64,000 nt of DNA from Candidatus Parcubacteria bacterium (GCA_027355945.1 DAIEHA010000003.1:5769-69768), one strand, 5' to 3'. Numbered from the stretch's first letter, positions 8,527-18,046 are shown. Translations and numbers: made by a program. The notes: a model not told the origin generated them from the letters alone.

Positions 8527-10161
8527 ATGGCACAGGATGCCCCGAATCCTTATATCAGCAAAAAGGACGACGGCAGGGTCGTGATAACCCCGGAAGGGAA
8601 CGAGCTCCTGAGGAAGATCGTGACCGATGCCGAGGGTCCCGTATACGCGTTCACGGACAAAGCCTCTCCCCTTTTCGCCGCAGCGGCGATGGCACGCCTC
8701 TCGCGCCGCGGGAGCGATCTGCGGGAGATCTTCCTCGATGAGTTTGCGACGGCGGGAGATCAGGGTGCGGAAGGACTCATCGATCGCGTGGTCACGGGCT
8801 ACGGCGATGACTCGGTGCAGCAGCTCATCACGGTCGCAGCCGTAGTGGAGGACGCATCGAACCTCCTCACGAAAAAGATCGAACGAAGCCGTCTCGCTTC
8901 CTATCTCGAACAATCGACCCGCTACATCTATTACGATAAGAAGGACGAAAACGGCGCATACCGGTATTTCACGCCGATGAACCTTCCGAATGCGCTTGCG
9001 GAAAGATACCGCGCATCGCTCGATCGCATCTTCGACCTCTATTCCGAGATAGTCCGCGGAACGACCGAATACGTACAGGGGAAGAATCCCGCTCCCGCGG
9101 TCCCGCCGGACGGCGACCGCACGGAGCTCATCGCGTGGCGCGGCGCCACGCGCGCGCAGGCATGCGACGCTGCGCGCTCCCTTCTTCCCGTGGCGACGAA
9201 ATCCACGGTCGGCATCGTTGCATCGGCACAGGCAATGGAGGCGATGATCCGACGCCTTCTCGCCGAACCGCTCGAGGAAGCGAACACGGCGGGGCGCATG
9301 CTCCTCCGGGAATCGCGCAAAGTGATCGGCGCGTTCCTCAAGCGCGCAGACCTGCCGGACCGCGGTCTCGCATGGGTGATGTACCTTCGCGAGACAAAAG
9401 ACACCTTGCGATCGCTCGCCGCACGCTATCTTCCTCAGAAAAGCGCCGACTTCTCCGAACCGGTACGCCTTATCGGCGCATCCATCAAAGACGAGATGGA
9501 TCTCGTACCCGATATGCTCTTCGAGACAAGCACGCTTTCGGAAGCGGAGCTGCGCGCCGCGGTCGCTGCATGGCCCTTCGCGCGGAGGCAGGAAGTGTTC
9601 GATGCCTATATGGGTACGCGCATGAACCGGCGCCACAAACCGGGCCGCGCGCTCGAAAAGCTCCACTATGAATGGGAGGTGACGGCGGATTACGGAACCT
9701 TCCGCGATCTCCAGCGCCATCGCATCGTGGATGCATGGGAATGGCAGAATCTCACGGTGGACTACGGCTACGAGGTTCCCGATCTCATTAAAGAAGCGGG
9801 GTTCGAGGCGCGATTCCGCGAATGTTTCGCGGAATCGGAATCCCTCTTCGGTGCGATGACGGATGCGGGATTCGCAGAGGAGGCGCAATACGCGACGCTC
9901 CTCGGACACCGGCTTCGGTACCGCTTCATGATGAATGCGCGGGAGGCGTTCCATCTCCTCGAGCTCCGCACATCCCCGCAGGGCCATCCGGGATACCGGA
10001 AGATCTGCCAGGAGATGCATCGGCAGCTCTCCCTCATCCATCCCCGCCTTGGCGCGGCAATGAGGTTCGTGAACCAGTCAGGGGATCCCCCTCTCACCCG
10101 TCTCGATGCCGAACGCGCGACCCAATTGAAGCTCAAGCTCCTCGAGGAAGAGGGACGATAA
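8527..10161 (+). CDS. thyX: tandem two-domain flavin-dependent thymidylate synthase (ThyX)-like protein
   Basis: Two ThyX-like halves. First half: ...DDSVQQLITVAAVVEDASNLLTKKIERSRLASYLEQSTRY (RHR motif is RSR here). Second half: HYEWEVTADYGTFRDLQRHRIVDAW... plus a C-terminal FHLLELRTSPQGH segment resembling the ThyX LRxxxHAQ helix. Neighbours are tmk and dcd. Confidence 0.55.
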   Translation: MAQDAPNPYISKKDDGRVVITPEGNELLRKIVTDAEGPVYAFTDKASPLFAAAAMARLSRRGSDLREIFLDEFATAGDQGAEGLIDRVVTGYGDDSVQQLITVAAVVEDASNLLTKKIERSRLASYLEQSTRYIYYDKKDENGAYRYFTPMNLPNALAERYRASLDRIFDLYSEIVRGTTEYVQGKNPAPAVPPDGDRTELIAWRGATRAQACDAARSLLPVATKSTVGIVASAQAMEAMIRRLLAEPLEEANTAGRMLLRESRKVIGAFLKRADLPDRGLAWVMYLRETKDTLRSLAARYLPQKSADFSEPVRLIGASIKDEMDLVPDMLFETSTLSEAELRAAVAAWPFARRQEVFDAYMGTRMNRRHKPGRALEKLHYEWEVTADYGTFRDLQRHRIVDAWEWQNLTVDYGYEVPDLIKEAGFEARFRECFAESESLFGAMTDAGFAEEAQYATLLGHRLRYRFMMNAREAFHLLELRTSPQGHPGYRKICQEMHRQLSLIHPRLGAAMRFVNQSGDPPLTRLDAERATQLKLKLLEEEGR

Positions 10162-10185
10162 AAAAATAGGGGCGCCCTTGCGTCC

Positions 10186-10815
10186 CTACCCCATGATATC
10201 CGTCATACGACCGACGATGGTCCGTGCGATCTCTTCGGGAGGCGCCGCTCCGTCGATCCGCTCGATGAGCCCGGGGAACACGTCGCGTTGCGCGAGATAT
10301 CCCTCGCGCACGCGGGCGTGAAATGCATCGTCCATGACATCGTAGCGGGAGGTCTTGTCCGCAGCATCCTTGGTGAGCCGCCGGCGGATCTCTTCGGGTG
10401 GGATATCGAGGAGGAAGATCCTGTCAGGCATCCTCCCTCCCATGGCCCTCATGCAGACCTCCCGCGTGAACACGGGATCGAGGCCTTCGACGTAGGACTG
10501 ATATGCCATCGTCGAAAGGAACGAACGGTCGCCGATCACGATCTTTCCCGCGGCGAGCGCGGGTTCGACCACCTCATGCATCCACTGCCGGCGCGACGCG
10601 TTGAAAAGCAGCATGCTCGTAAGGGGCTGGATGGTCCCTTCGTTCCCCGGATCGAGAAGTACGGCACGGATCCGTTCGCCGATGGCGGTCCCGCCCGGCT
10701 CACGGCTTGCAAGGACGTCGTAGCCGAGGTCCCCAAGCGCGCTCCCGATGAGGCGCAGCTGGGTGGTCTTCCCTGCGGCCTCGACCCCTTCTAAGATGAA
10801 AAAACCCGATTTCAT
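10186..10815 (-). CDS. tmk: thymidylate kinase
   Basis: P-loop FFILEGVEAAGKTTQ, DRS/lid region, and a length typical of Tmk. Start set at the internal ATG (complement of 10813-10815). The ORF is open up to 10911. Confidence 0.85.
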   Translation of the reverse strand: MKSGFFILEGVEAAGKTTQLRLIGSALGDLGYDVLASREPGGTAIGERIRAVLLDPGNEGTIQPLTSMLLFNASRRQWMHEVVEPALAAGKIVIGDRSFLSTMAYQSYVEGLDPVFTREVCMRAMGGRMPDRIFLLDIPPEEIRRRLTKDAADKTSRYDVMDDAFHARVREGYLAQRDVFPGLIERIDGAAPPEEIARTIVGRMTDIMG

Positions 10816-10862
10816 GCGGTCAATGCTCCTGTGCGAAGATGGCGTTCTCGCATTACGATACC

Positions 10863-11456
10863 TTATTTCCCGAACCGCATCCACCCGTTGTTCTTTTTGA
10901 AATTCTTCCAATACTGGGAGGCTTGAGGCTTCATGGCGCCGTAGTATTTGCTGCCGAGCGAGGACTTGCCGTACGGATGCTCCGCAGGCGAGGAAAGCGG
11001 TGTGAAGGACATCTGGGCGATGGGCATCTTATAGTAGAGCTTGATGGGCAAAGGCGAGACGTTGTGAAGTTCAAGCGTCATTTTGAGCCTGTTGCCGGGA
11101 TCAAGATATCCGGCCGTGGCATGGATGAGAAGACCGATGCGGCCGAGCGAAGACTTCCCCTCAAGGCGCCCCACGATATCATCGGCGACCCCAGTGACCT
11201 CGTACGTCATACCGAGGGCGAACTCCCCGGGATGGAGGATGAACTGCCGGCTGCCATCGATCGAGACGCGTCCCATCATCTCATCGATGGGCTCCTTCGG
11301 GTCGATGTGCACATACCGCTCGGTATGGAACACAAGGAAATCCGCGCCAAGATGAAGGTCGACGGAAGCGGGCTGGAGCGCATGGGGGAACAAAGGATCG
11401 ATGACGATACGCCCCTCTTTGATCGCTTTTTTAATATCACGGTCGGAAAGGATCAT
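10863..11456 (-). CDS. dcd: dCTP deaminase
   Basis: 197 aa starting MILSDRDIKKAIKEGRIVIDP. Dcd/dUTPase-fold motifs: VDLHLG, HPGEFALGMTYE, GLLIHATAGYLDPG. Confidence 0.85.
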   Translation of the reverse strand: MILSDRDIKKAIKEGRIVIDPLFPHALQPASVDLHLGADFLVFHTERYVHIDPKEPIDEMMGRVSIDGSRQFILHPGEFALGMTYEVTGVADDIVGRLEGKSSLGRIGLLIHATAGYLDPGNRLKMTLELHNVSPLPIKLYYKMPIAQMSFTPLSSPAEHPYGKSSLGSKYYGAMKPQASQYWKNFKKNNGWMRFGK

Positions 11457-11579
11457 TACTCCTGATTGTAGGCGAGGCGTGAGGAATGCGCAACGCCGAA
11501 TGGGGCCGCGCAGATAAAAAAAGGCGGCTGCACGTGAACGTGCGCCGCCTGCGATGGGAATATGCCTGAGACCACTCGA

Positions 11580-12038
11580 TCATCGAGCGGTATAGGCCAC
11601 CACCTCGTACATCACCGACACCACGCCATCATCGCGCATGCCGATCAGGTCCGCCGCGCGGGCGGAGAAGTCGAACTCGCGTCCCCTGAATCCCGGGGCG
11701 CGATCTCTGACAGGAAGGGTCATTGCTTTCCCGTTCCTGAGGTTGACGATGCGGACGACAGTACCGATCGGGAACGATCGGCTTGCCACAAATACGTCGT
11801 CTTTCCAGTAACGCACGCCGTCCTTCCGAAAATGGAAAAAGAATCCAGGTCCGTACCATGAGGCTTGTGCGAACCGCCAATGGGTCCTTGTCCCATGATA
11901 CGTCGGAGAGGAAGACGTGAACGTTGAAGAAGCGGCGAACAGCGGCCTCGGACAGAGACCTGTGATGGCAAGCGTAATCACTACGATCCTGCCAAGGACA
12001 GCGATCTCTTTCAAAAGCCACCTTCCGAATTTGTGCAA
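11580..12038 (-). CDS. RlpA-like double-psi beta-barrel (DPBB) lipoprotein / lytic transglycosylase family
   Basis: Signal/TM N-terminus. DPBB core ASWYGPGF...GTVVRIVNLRNGKAMTLPVRDRAPGF...FDFSARAADLIG. Confidence 0.75.
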   Translation of the reverse strand: MHKFGRWLLKEIAVLGRIVVITLAITGLCPRPLFAASSTFTSSSPTYHGTRTHWRFAQASWYGPGFFFHFRKDGVRYWKDDVFVASRSFPIGTVVRIVNLRNGKAMTLPVRDRAPGFRGREFDFSARAADLIGMRDDGVVSVMYEVVAYTAR

Positions 12039-12251
12039 TGGACTTTCTCCTTCTGTGTGCGTTGTGATGGTGCTGACTGCGAGATGCGAGACCTCTCAAA
12101 GCCGTACTGCAAGGTACTACGCATTGCGGGATGGAAAAGTTGCATGGATGATGATGCGCATATCAGCCTCTCCTCCAAGGGCCCGCGTCATTCCACTCCT
12201 TCCCACGTTCAGAAACGAAAGCAGCCCCTTGGGGAGCTGTATTCGTTTCTG

Positions 12252-12322
12252 AGCGGGTAACGGGAGTCGAACCCGTCTCTTCACCATGGCAAGGTGACAT
12301 AATACCGATATACGATACCCGC
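12252..12322 (-). tRNA. tRNA-Gly (anticodon GCC)
   Basis: Reverse complement reads GCGGGTA...TCACC-TTGCCAT-GGTGA...ACGGGTTCGACTCCCGT-TACCCGC. 7-bp acceptor stem, canonical TTCGA T-loop, anticodon loop TTGCCAT. No encoded CCA. The D-stem is weak. Confidence 0.65.
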
Positions 12323-12484
12323 AACGTTGACTGCTTCATTGTATCGATTTCCGGAAGAAAATCAAATATAAAAACGACGTCAAAACTGTTGCACATTTTT
12401 TACACAAGAATGCGATGAAACCAAAGCCTACGGACCACATCATCCCGCAAGGGAAGTATGTTTGTTCCCCATTCCATAAGAAGA

Positions 12485-12490
12485 TAGAAT
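12485..12490 (+). promoter_or_regulatory. -10 box (TAGAAT) 6 nt upstream of leaderless glycerate kinase ATG
   Basis: TAGAAT-gaaagt-ATG. Confidence 0.45.
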
Positions 12491-12496
12491 GAAAGT

Positions 12497-13819
12497 ATGA
12501 AAATAAAGAACTTCGACGATCTCGCGACGACGGATGCGCGTCGTGCGATTCTCGCGATCGCCGAAGCGGGGCTCGAGGCGATCGACACGGAAACGGCGAT
12601 GCGGGACATGATCCGCATGGAGGACGACCATACGCTCCACCTCGGCGACGGTACGGGAAGCGGAACCCAGCCTCTCACGTTCGACCTCGATGCGGTAGGG
12701 AGCATCGTCCTCATCGCGATAGGGAAATGCGCGGCCGAGGCGGGAGCGGTTGCGGAAGACATCCTTGGCGAACGCATCTCCCGGGGCGTCGTGGTGGATG
12801 TGAAGGCATGCCCCCCATCGAAGACCGGACGCATCGCGGCATTCTGCGGCACCCATCCCCTCCCCTCGGAAGAGAATCTGCATGCCGCACAGGCCATCGT
12901 CGCGGCGCTCAAAGGGCTTTCGGAGAAGGACCTCGTCATCTTCGTGGTCTCGGGCGGCGGATCGACGCTTCTTTTCCTCCCCCAGGACCCTGCGAACCGC
13001 GAAGAGGCGAATATCTTCACGATGCTCACGAATGCGGGAGCCGGCATCGAGGAGATCAACACCGTCCGCAAGCACGTATCGTATGCGCGGGGCGGGTATC
13101 TTGCGAAAGATGCCTATCCCGCGCGGGTTGTTTCGCTCATCATCAGCGACGTACCGGGCGACGACATATCCTTTGTCGCATCCGGCCCGACAGTGAAAGA
13201 CCTTTCGACCATCGGGGATGCAACCGCCATCCTTGAACGCTATGGCGTCTTGAAGACCTGCTCCCTTGAACAATGCGGCCTCATCGAAACCCCGAAGGAG
13301 GATGAATACTTCAAAAGGGTGACGAACGTCCTTGCGGTCTCGAATGGAAAGGCGCTCGAGGCCATGCGCCGCGCCGCCCGGAAGATGGGCTACGGCGCCG
13401 AGGTGCGGAGCACGAAGCTGACCGGGGAAGCGGAGGATGTTGCGAAGATGGTGGCGTTCGAACTCCGGTCCGCGCCCGCGCATTCGGTGCTCCTCTGGGG
13501 AGGAGAGACGACCGTCACGGTCCGCAATGAAAAAGGCGAGGGCGGGCGGAACCTCCAGCTCTGTCTTGCGGCGATCCCTTTGGTCGCAGAGAACGAGATC
13601 ATCCTTTCGCTCGCCTCCGACGGACGGGATCACGGCGAGTTCGCGGGTGCGCTCGGAGATGCAGTCACAAGAAAGGCGATCGCCGCTGCGGGCCTCGATG
13701 CGGCGGCGGCGCTTGCCGCGGATGACAGTTATCCTCTTTTCAGAAAAGCGGGGAACTGGGTCATGACGGGCGACACGGGATCGAACGTGTCAGACCTCAT
13801 CATCGCCCTCAAATCGTAA
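12497..13819 (+). CDS. glycerate 2-kinase (MOFRL family)
   Basis: 440 aa. DUF4147/MOFRL hallmarks: VSGGGSTLL, SDVPGDD, LLWGGETTVT, GGRNLQL. A leaderless -10 box sits 6 nt upstream of the ATG. Confidence 0.8.
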   Translation: MKIKNFDDLATTDARRAILAIAEAGLEAIDTETAMRDMIRMEDDHTLHLGDGTGSGTQPLTFDLDAVGSIVLIAIGKCAAEAGAVAEDILGERISRGVVVDVKACPPSKTGRIAAFCGTHPLPSEENLHAAQAIVAALKGLSEKDLVIFVVSGGGSTLLFLPQDPANREEANIFTMLTNAGAGIEEINTVRKHVSYARGGYLAKDAYPARVVSLIISDVPGDDISFVASGPTVKDLSTIGDATAILERYGVLKTCSLEQCGLIETPKEDEYFKRVTNVLAVSNGKALEAMRRAARKMGYGAEVRSTKLTGEAEDVAKMVAFELRSAPAHSVLLWGGETTVTVRNEKGEGGRNLQLCLAAIPLVAENEIILSLASDGRDHGEFAGALGDAVTRKAIAAAGLDAAAALAADDSYPLFRKAGNWVMTGDTGSNVSDLIIALKS

Positions 13820-13996
13820 CCTTTGCACATGCCTTCTTCCCCTGCCATCAACGCCCGGTCTCCGGACGAAGCGGAATACCGCGGGTTCCCCCCGGAGATC
13901 CGATCCGGAAGGACGTCCGCACTCCGCGGCACGCGGATGGGATAAGTGGGCGCGGACGGGCCGATATGGAATAGGAAAATACCAATCAATCATACA

Positions 13997-14002
13997 TATA
14001 TA
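13997..14002 (+). promoter_or_regulatory. -10 box (TATATA) 6 nt upstream of leaderless ppsA ATG
   Basis: TATATA-tacatc-ATG. Confidence 0.4.
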
Positions 14003-14008
14003 TACATC

Positions 14009-16456
14009 ATGGACAACACGCGATTCACGGTACGGTACGAAGAAGTGGGTATACAAGACGTGGGACAGGTCGGCGGCAAGAATGCCTCGCTCGGCGAGAT
14101 GATCCGCACGCTGAAGGCGAAAGGAGTGCCCGTGCCCTCGGGCTTCGTCGTCACTGCCGCGGCATATTTCCATTTCATGGAACAGACCGGCCTCGATGTA
14201 TTCATCCGCAAGACGCTTGAAGGCCTCGATACGAAGAATCTGAGGGACCTCGAGCGGCGCGGCAAGATCGTCCGGGATGCCATCATGAGAAAGGAGTTCC
14301 CTGCGGATCTCTCAAAAGAGATCGTGGCGCGATATCACGAACTTGAGAAGCGCTACGGCAAGGGTTCGGATGTTGCAGTGAGATCGTCCGCGACCGCAGA
14401 GGACCTTCCCGGCGCAAGCTTTGCAGGAGAGCAGGAAAGCTATCTCGGCATCCGCGGCGCAAAGGAGGTGCTCGTCGCGGTGCGCGCCACGATGGCATCG
14501 CTCTTCACCGATCGCGCCATCTCCTACCGCGCCGACCGCCATTTCGACCATATGAAGATCGCGCTCTCGGCGGGCGTGCAGAAGATGGTGCGCTCGGATA
14601 AGGCATGCTCCGGCGTCATGTTCACACTCGACACCGAATCGGGATTCCCGAACATCGTGATCATCAACGGCTCGTGGGGGCTCGGCGAGATGATCGTGAA
14701 AGGCGAGGTGACCCCCGATGAGTTCATCGTCTGGAAGGAAGGCATGAAGAAAGGCATCAAATCCCCCATCATCGACAAAAAGCTCGGCGTGAAGCTTCGT
14801 AAGATGATCTACCATAAAGGCAAAGACATCCAGCAGACGAAGATCGTTCCCACATCGCCGAAGGAACGGGATTCATTCGTGCTGACCGACAAGGAAGCGA
14901 TGCAGCTCGCACGCTGGGGCGCCATCGTGGAGGAGCACTATACCGAGCATTACAAGAAATGGACGCCGATGGACATGGAATGGGCGAAGGACGGCGCGAC
15001 GGGGGAGATCTTCGTCGTCCAGGCGCGTCCCGAGACGGTGCATGCAAACCAGGATTTCTCGAAGCTCAAAGAGTATGAGCTCATGAAGGGCTCCGCGGAC
15101 AGGCCGGCCGTCACGGGATCTTCCGTGGGATCGAGCATAGCAAGCGGCAAGGCCCGCGTCATCCTCGATGCCAAGCACATCAACGATTTCAAGAAGGGCG
15201 AGGTGCTCGTGACCACGATGACCGACCCCGACTGGGAACCGATCATGAAGATCGCGAGCGCGATCGTGACGGACAAAGGCGGCCGTACCTCGCATGCGGC
15301 AATCGTCTCGCGCGAACTCGGGATCCCCGCGATCGTGGGCACGGAGACGGCGACAAAGGCCGTGAAGACGGGCGACGTCGTCACGGTGGATACGACCGGC
15401 AGCACCGGCTCGCTCTATAAAGGAGCGATCAAGTTCAAAGTAACGGAGCACGACCTCAAGAAGATCGCACGTCCAAAGACGAAGATCATGGTGAACGTGG
15501 CGGTGCCGGAGAACGCGTTCGCAGATTCCTTCCTTCCGCAATCGGGCGTCGGTCTCGCACGCGAGGAGTTCATCATTGCCTCCAAGATGGGCCTCCATCC
15601 CCTTGCGCTCCTCGACATGAAGGCGCTCAAACCGGCGGTGCGCAAGGCGATCAAGGAAAAGATGCGCGGCTGGAACGATCCGCGGAAATACTACGTGGAC
15701 AATCTTGCATTCGGCATCGCGAAGATCGGCGCAGCATTCTGGCCGAACCACGTGATCGTGCGCTTCAGCGATTTCAAATCGAACGAATACCGCACGCTCC
15801 TCGGCGGAGAGGCCTACGAACCGCATGAGGAGAACCCGATGATCGGATGGCGCGGCGCGTCCCGTTATTACGATCCCAAGTTCCGTCCGGCGTTCATGAT
15901 GGAGGCGGAGGCGATCAAAAGGGTGCGCGAGGAGATCGGCCTTACGAACGTCATCCCGATGGTGCCCTTCTGCCGCACGGTGGAAGAAGGCGTGAAGACG
16001 CAGGAAGCGATGGCGGAAGCGGGCCTCATCACGAACTACATCGCGGCCCGCGACAAGAAGAAGACGGCGGATATCACCCCCATCTACGTAATGTGCGAGA
16101 TCCCCGCGAACGTGCTCCTTGCCGACCGCTTCCTCGACATCTTCGACGGCATGTCGATCGGTTCGAACGACCTCACCCAGCTCACGCTCGGCCTCGACCG
16201 GGATTCGGGCATCGTAAGTCATGTGGCGAACGAGAAGAATGAAGCGGTGAAGAAGTTGATCGCCGAGGTCGTGCCCGCATGCCTCGCCCGCAAGAAATAC
16301 ATCGGCATCTGCGGCCAGGCGCCCTCGGACTATCCCGACTTCGCGCAATTCCTCGTTACGCTCGGCATCGAAAGCATGTCCCTCAATCCGGACACCGTCG
16401 TCCGCACCACGATGGCCGTTGCAAAGGAGGAGGAGATCCTTGGAAAGAAGCGCTAG
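14009..16456 (+). CDS. ppsA: phosphoenolpyruvate synthase (pyruvate, water dikinase)
   Basis: N-terminus VGGKNASLGEMI (PEP-utilising ATP-grasp domain). Phosphohistidine region GGRTSHAAIVSRELGIPAIVG. C-terminal PEP-utilising TIM barrel. The first in-frame ATG with an adjacent -10 box is at 14009. Confidence 0.9.
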   Translation: MDNTRFTVRYEEVGIQDVGQVGGKNASLGEMIRTLKAKGVPVPSGFVVTAAAYFHFMEQTGLDVFIRKTLEGLDTKNLRDLERRGKIVRDAIMRKEFPADLSKEIVARYHELEKRYGKGSDVAVRSSATAEDLPGASFAGEQESYLGIRGAKEVLVAVRATMASLFTDRAISYRADRHFDHMKIALSAGVQKMVRSDKACSGVMFTLDTESGFPNIVIINGSWGLGEMIVKGEVTPDEFIVWKEGMKKGIKSPIIDKKLGVKLRKMIYHKGKDIQQTKIVPTSPKERDSFVLTDKEAMQLARWGAIVEEHYTEHYKKWTPMDMEWAKDGATGEIFVVQARPETVHANQDFSKLKEYELMKGSADRPAVTGSSVGSSIASGKARVILDAKHINDFKKGEVLVTTMTDPDWEPIMKIASAIVTDKGGRTSHAAIVSRELGIPAIVGTETATKAVKTGDVVTVDTTGSTGSLYKGAIKFKVTEHDLKKIARPKTKIMVNVAVPENAFADSFLPQSGVGLAREEFIIASKMGLHPLALLDMKALKPAVRKAIKEKMRGWNDPRKYYVDNLAFGIAKIGAAFWPNHVIVRFSDFKSNEYRTLLGGEAYEPHEENPMIGWRGASRYYDPKFRPAFMMEAEAIKRVREEIGLTNVIPMVPFCRTVEEGVKTQEAMAEAGLITNYIAARDKKKTADITPIYVMCEIPANVLLADRFLDIFDGMSIGSNDLTQLTLGLDRDSGIVSHVANEKNEAVKKLIAEVVPACLARKKYIGICGQAPSDYPDFAQFLVTLGIESMSLNPDTVVRTTMAVAKEEEILGKKR

Positions 16457-16509
16457 GAACGCGCAGGGTTCGAGGGAGCGACGATAAGAACGGGGCCGGG
16501 CAGTGTATG

Positions 16510-16545
16510 AAAAAGGGCGCGGATATGCATCCGCGCCCCGTTTCG
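16510..16545 (+). terminator. terminator of ppsA
   Basis: GGGCGCGGAT-ATGC-ATCCGCGCCC, a perfect 10-bp stem flanked by an A-run and a TTT-containing tail. Confidence 0.65.
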
Positions 16546-16549
16546 CATA

Positions 16550-16555
16550 TATAAT
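16550..16555 (+). promoter_or_regulatory. -10 box (TATAAT) 6 nt upstream of leaderless DUF1653 gene
   Basis: TATAAT-aagagc-ATG. Confidence 0.5.
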
Positions 16556-16561
16556 AAGAGC

Positions 16562-16948
16562 ATGCCCAAAAACGACACAATGGATCCGCCTCAGAACCTT
16601 CCGGAACGGGGGTTCTATTATCACTACAAACACGATCCCGCGGGACCGCTCAACAACTATGCGTATGAGGTACTTGGCACGGGATGCGCCACGGAAACGG
16701 ACTGGAAGGACCCGGATGCGTACATGGTGATCTATCGGCCGCTCTACGGGGAATCGCCCGCATATCAGGCGGGCCGACTCTGGTTCCTGCGTCCCGCAGC
16801 GATGTTCATGGGGGATATACCCGGGAACGACGGCGCGCCGCCCATGCCGCGCTTCCATAAGATCTGCAATCCCGAGATCGTCGCCGAGCTCATGGCGGCG
16901 AAGGAGCGCATGTACGGAAAAGGGAATGGCAGCAGAGTGGCGGGATGA
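16562..16948 (+). CDS. DUF1653 domain protein
   Basis: GFYYHYKHDP...YAYEVLG...YRPLYG...LWFLRP matches the DUF1653 signature. Leaderless, with TATAAT 6 nt upstream. Confidence 0.7.
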   Translation: MPKNDTMDPPQNLPERGFYYHYKHDPAGPLNNYAYEVLGTGCATETDWKDPDAYMVIYRPLYGESPAYQAGRLWFLRPAAMFMGDIPGNDGAPPMPRFHKICNPEIVAELMAAKERMYGKGNGSRVAG

Positions 16949-17038
16949 GGTGGCGGCGCGCCGCAGCGGCGTGCACCGATGGCGCTGACGCGCCTTCGGT
17001 GCCGCCGTCGTCCAAGGTAATGGCAACAGGGGCAATGG

Positions 17039-17044
17039 TATAAT
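17039..17044 (+). promoter_or_regulatory. -10 box (TATAAT) 6 nt upstream of leaderless 2-hydroxyacid dehydrogenase gene
   Basis: TATAAT-ggagac-ATG. Confidence 0.5.
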
Positions 17045-17050
17045 GGAGAC

Positions 17051-18046
17051 ATGAACACAAACCATAAAGCGGCATTTTTCAACTTTGAAAAGTGGGGTGA
17101 GGAAGGCAAACAGTATGTGGCCGAAAACCAAGCGCTCCGCGATGCGGGGGTGGGAGTTGAGATCATGAGCAGCGTTCTTGGCGAGAATACCCTTCCGGCA
17201 GACAAGGATTTCGATATTGCGGCCGTATTCATGGATTCCCCCGTGAATGCTAAAACGATCGAGGCGCTCCCCGATCTCAAATTCATTGCGACGATGTCGA
17301 CGGGATTCGATCATATCGACCTCGCGGCGGCGGCGGCGCGGGGGATCCCCGTATCTTCCGTGCCCGCATACGGGGAGAACACCGTCGCTGAGTTCGCATT
17401 CGCGCTCATCCTTGCGCTTTCGCGCAAGGTGCGGGAATCGAGCGCGCGGGTCCAGGTGGAGCACCGCTTCGCGACCGACGGCCTCTGCGGATTCGACCTC
17501 AAAGGAAAGACGCTCGGCGTGATCGGCACCGGCCGCATCGGGAAGCATGCCATACAGATCGGGAAAGGGTTTGCGATGGACATCGTCGCCTATGACGTGT
17601 TCCACGACGATGCGTTCGCAAAGGAAGTGGGCTTCCCCTATCTCGAGCTCGGCGACCTTCTCTCGCGGAGCGACGTCATCACCATCCATGCGCCCTATCT
17701 TCCGAGCACACATCATCTGATCAATAGCGGGAACATCGGACTCGTAAAAAAGGGCGCATATATCGTGAACACCGCGCGAGGCGCCATCATAGAGACGGCG
17801 GCGCTCAGGACGGCGCTCCAGAGCGGACAGTTGGGTGGCGCGGGGCTCGACGTGCTCGAAGAGGAAGCATCCATGAAGGCGGGCGACGTCTCCGTCGATG
17901 CCGACCTCATGTCGCTTCCGAACGTCATCGTCACCCCCCACAACGCCTTCAATACGCGCGAAGCGTACTTCAGGATCCTTGATACCACGATCGAGAACAT
18001 CATCGCGTTCACAAAAGGATCTCCGACGAACATCGTGAGGGGGTAG
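17051..18046 (+). CDS. D-isomer-specific 2-hydroxyacid dehydrogenase (glycerate/lactate dehydrogenase family), NAD-binding
   Basis: GxGxxG fold GVIGTGRIGKHAI. Catalytic R/E/H region (TARGAIIETAAL, VIVTPHNAF). 331 aa. Confidence 0.8.
   Translation: MNTNHKAAFFNFEKWGEEGKQYVAENQALRDAGVGVEIMSSVLGENTLPADKDFDIAAVFMDSPVNAKTIEALPDLKFIATMSTGFDHIDLAAAAARGIPVSSVPAYGENTVAEFAFALILALSRKVRESSARVQVEHRFATDGLCGFDLKGKTLGVIGTGRIGKHAIQIGKGFAMDIVAYDVFHDDAFAKEVGFPYLELGDLLSRSDVITIHAPYLPSTHHLINSGNIGLVKKGAYIVNTARGAIIETAALRTALQSGQLGGAGLDVLEEEASMKAGDVSVDADLMSLPNVIVTPHNAFNTREAYFRILDTTIENIIAFTKGSPTNIVRG

Noticed and set aside
8476-10041. 521-aa minus-strand ORF antisense to the ThyX-like gene
   Set aside because: No motifs. 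Arg/His-rich shadow ORF. The sense strand has recognisable ThyX signatures.
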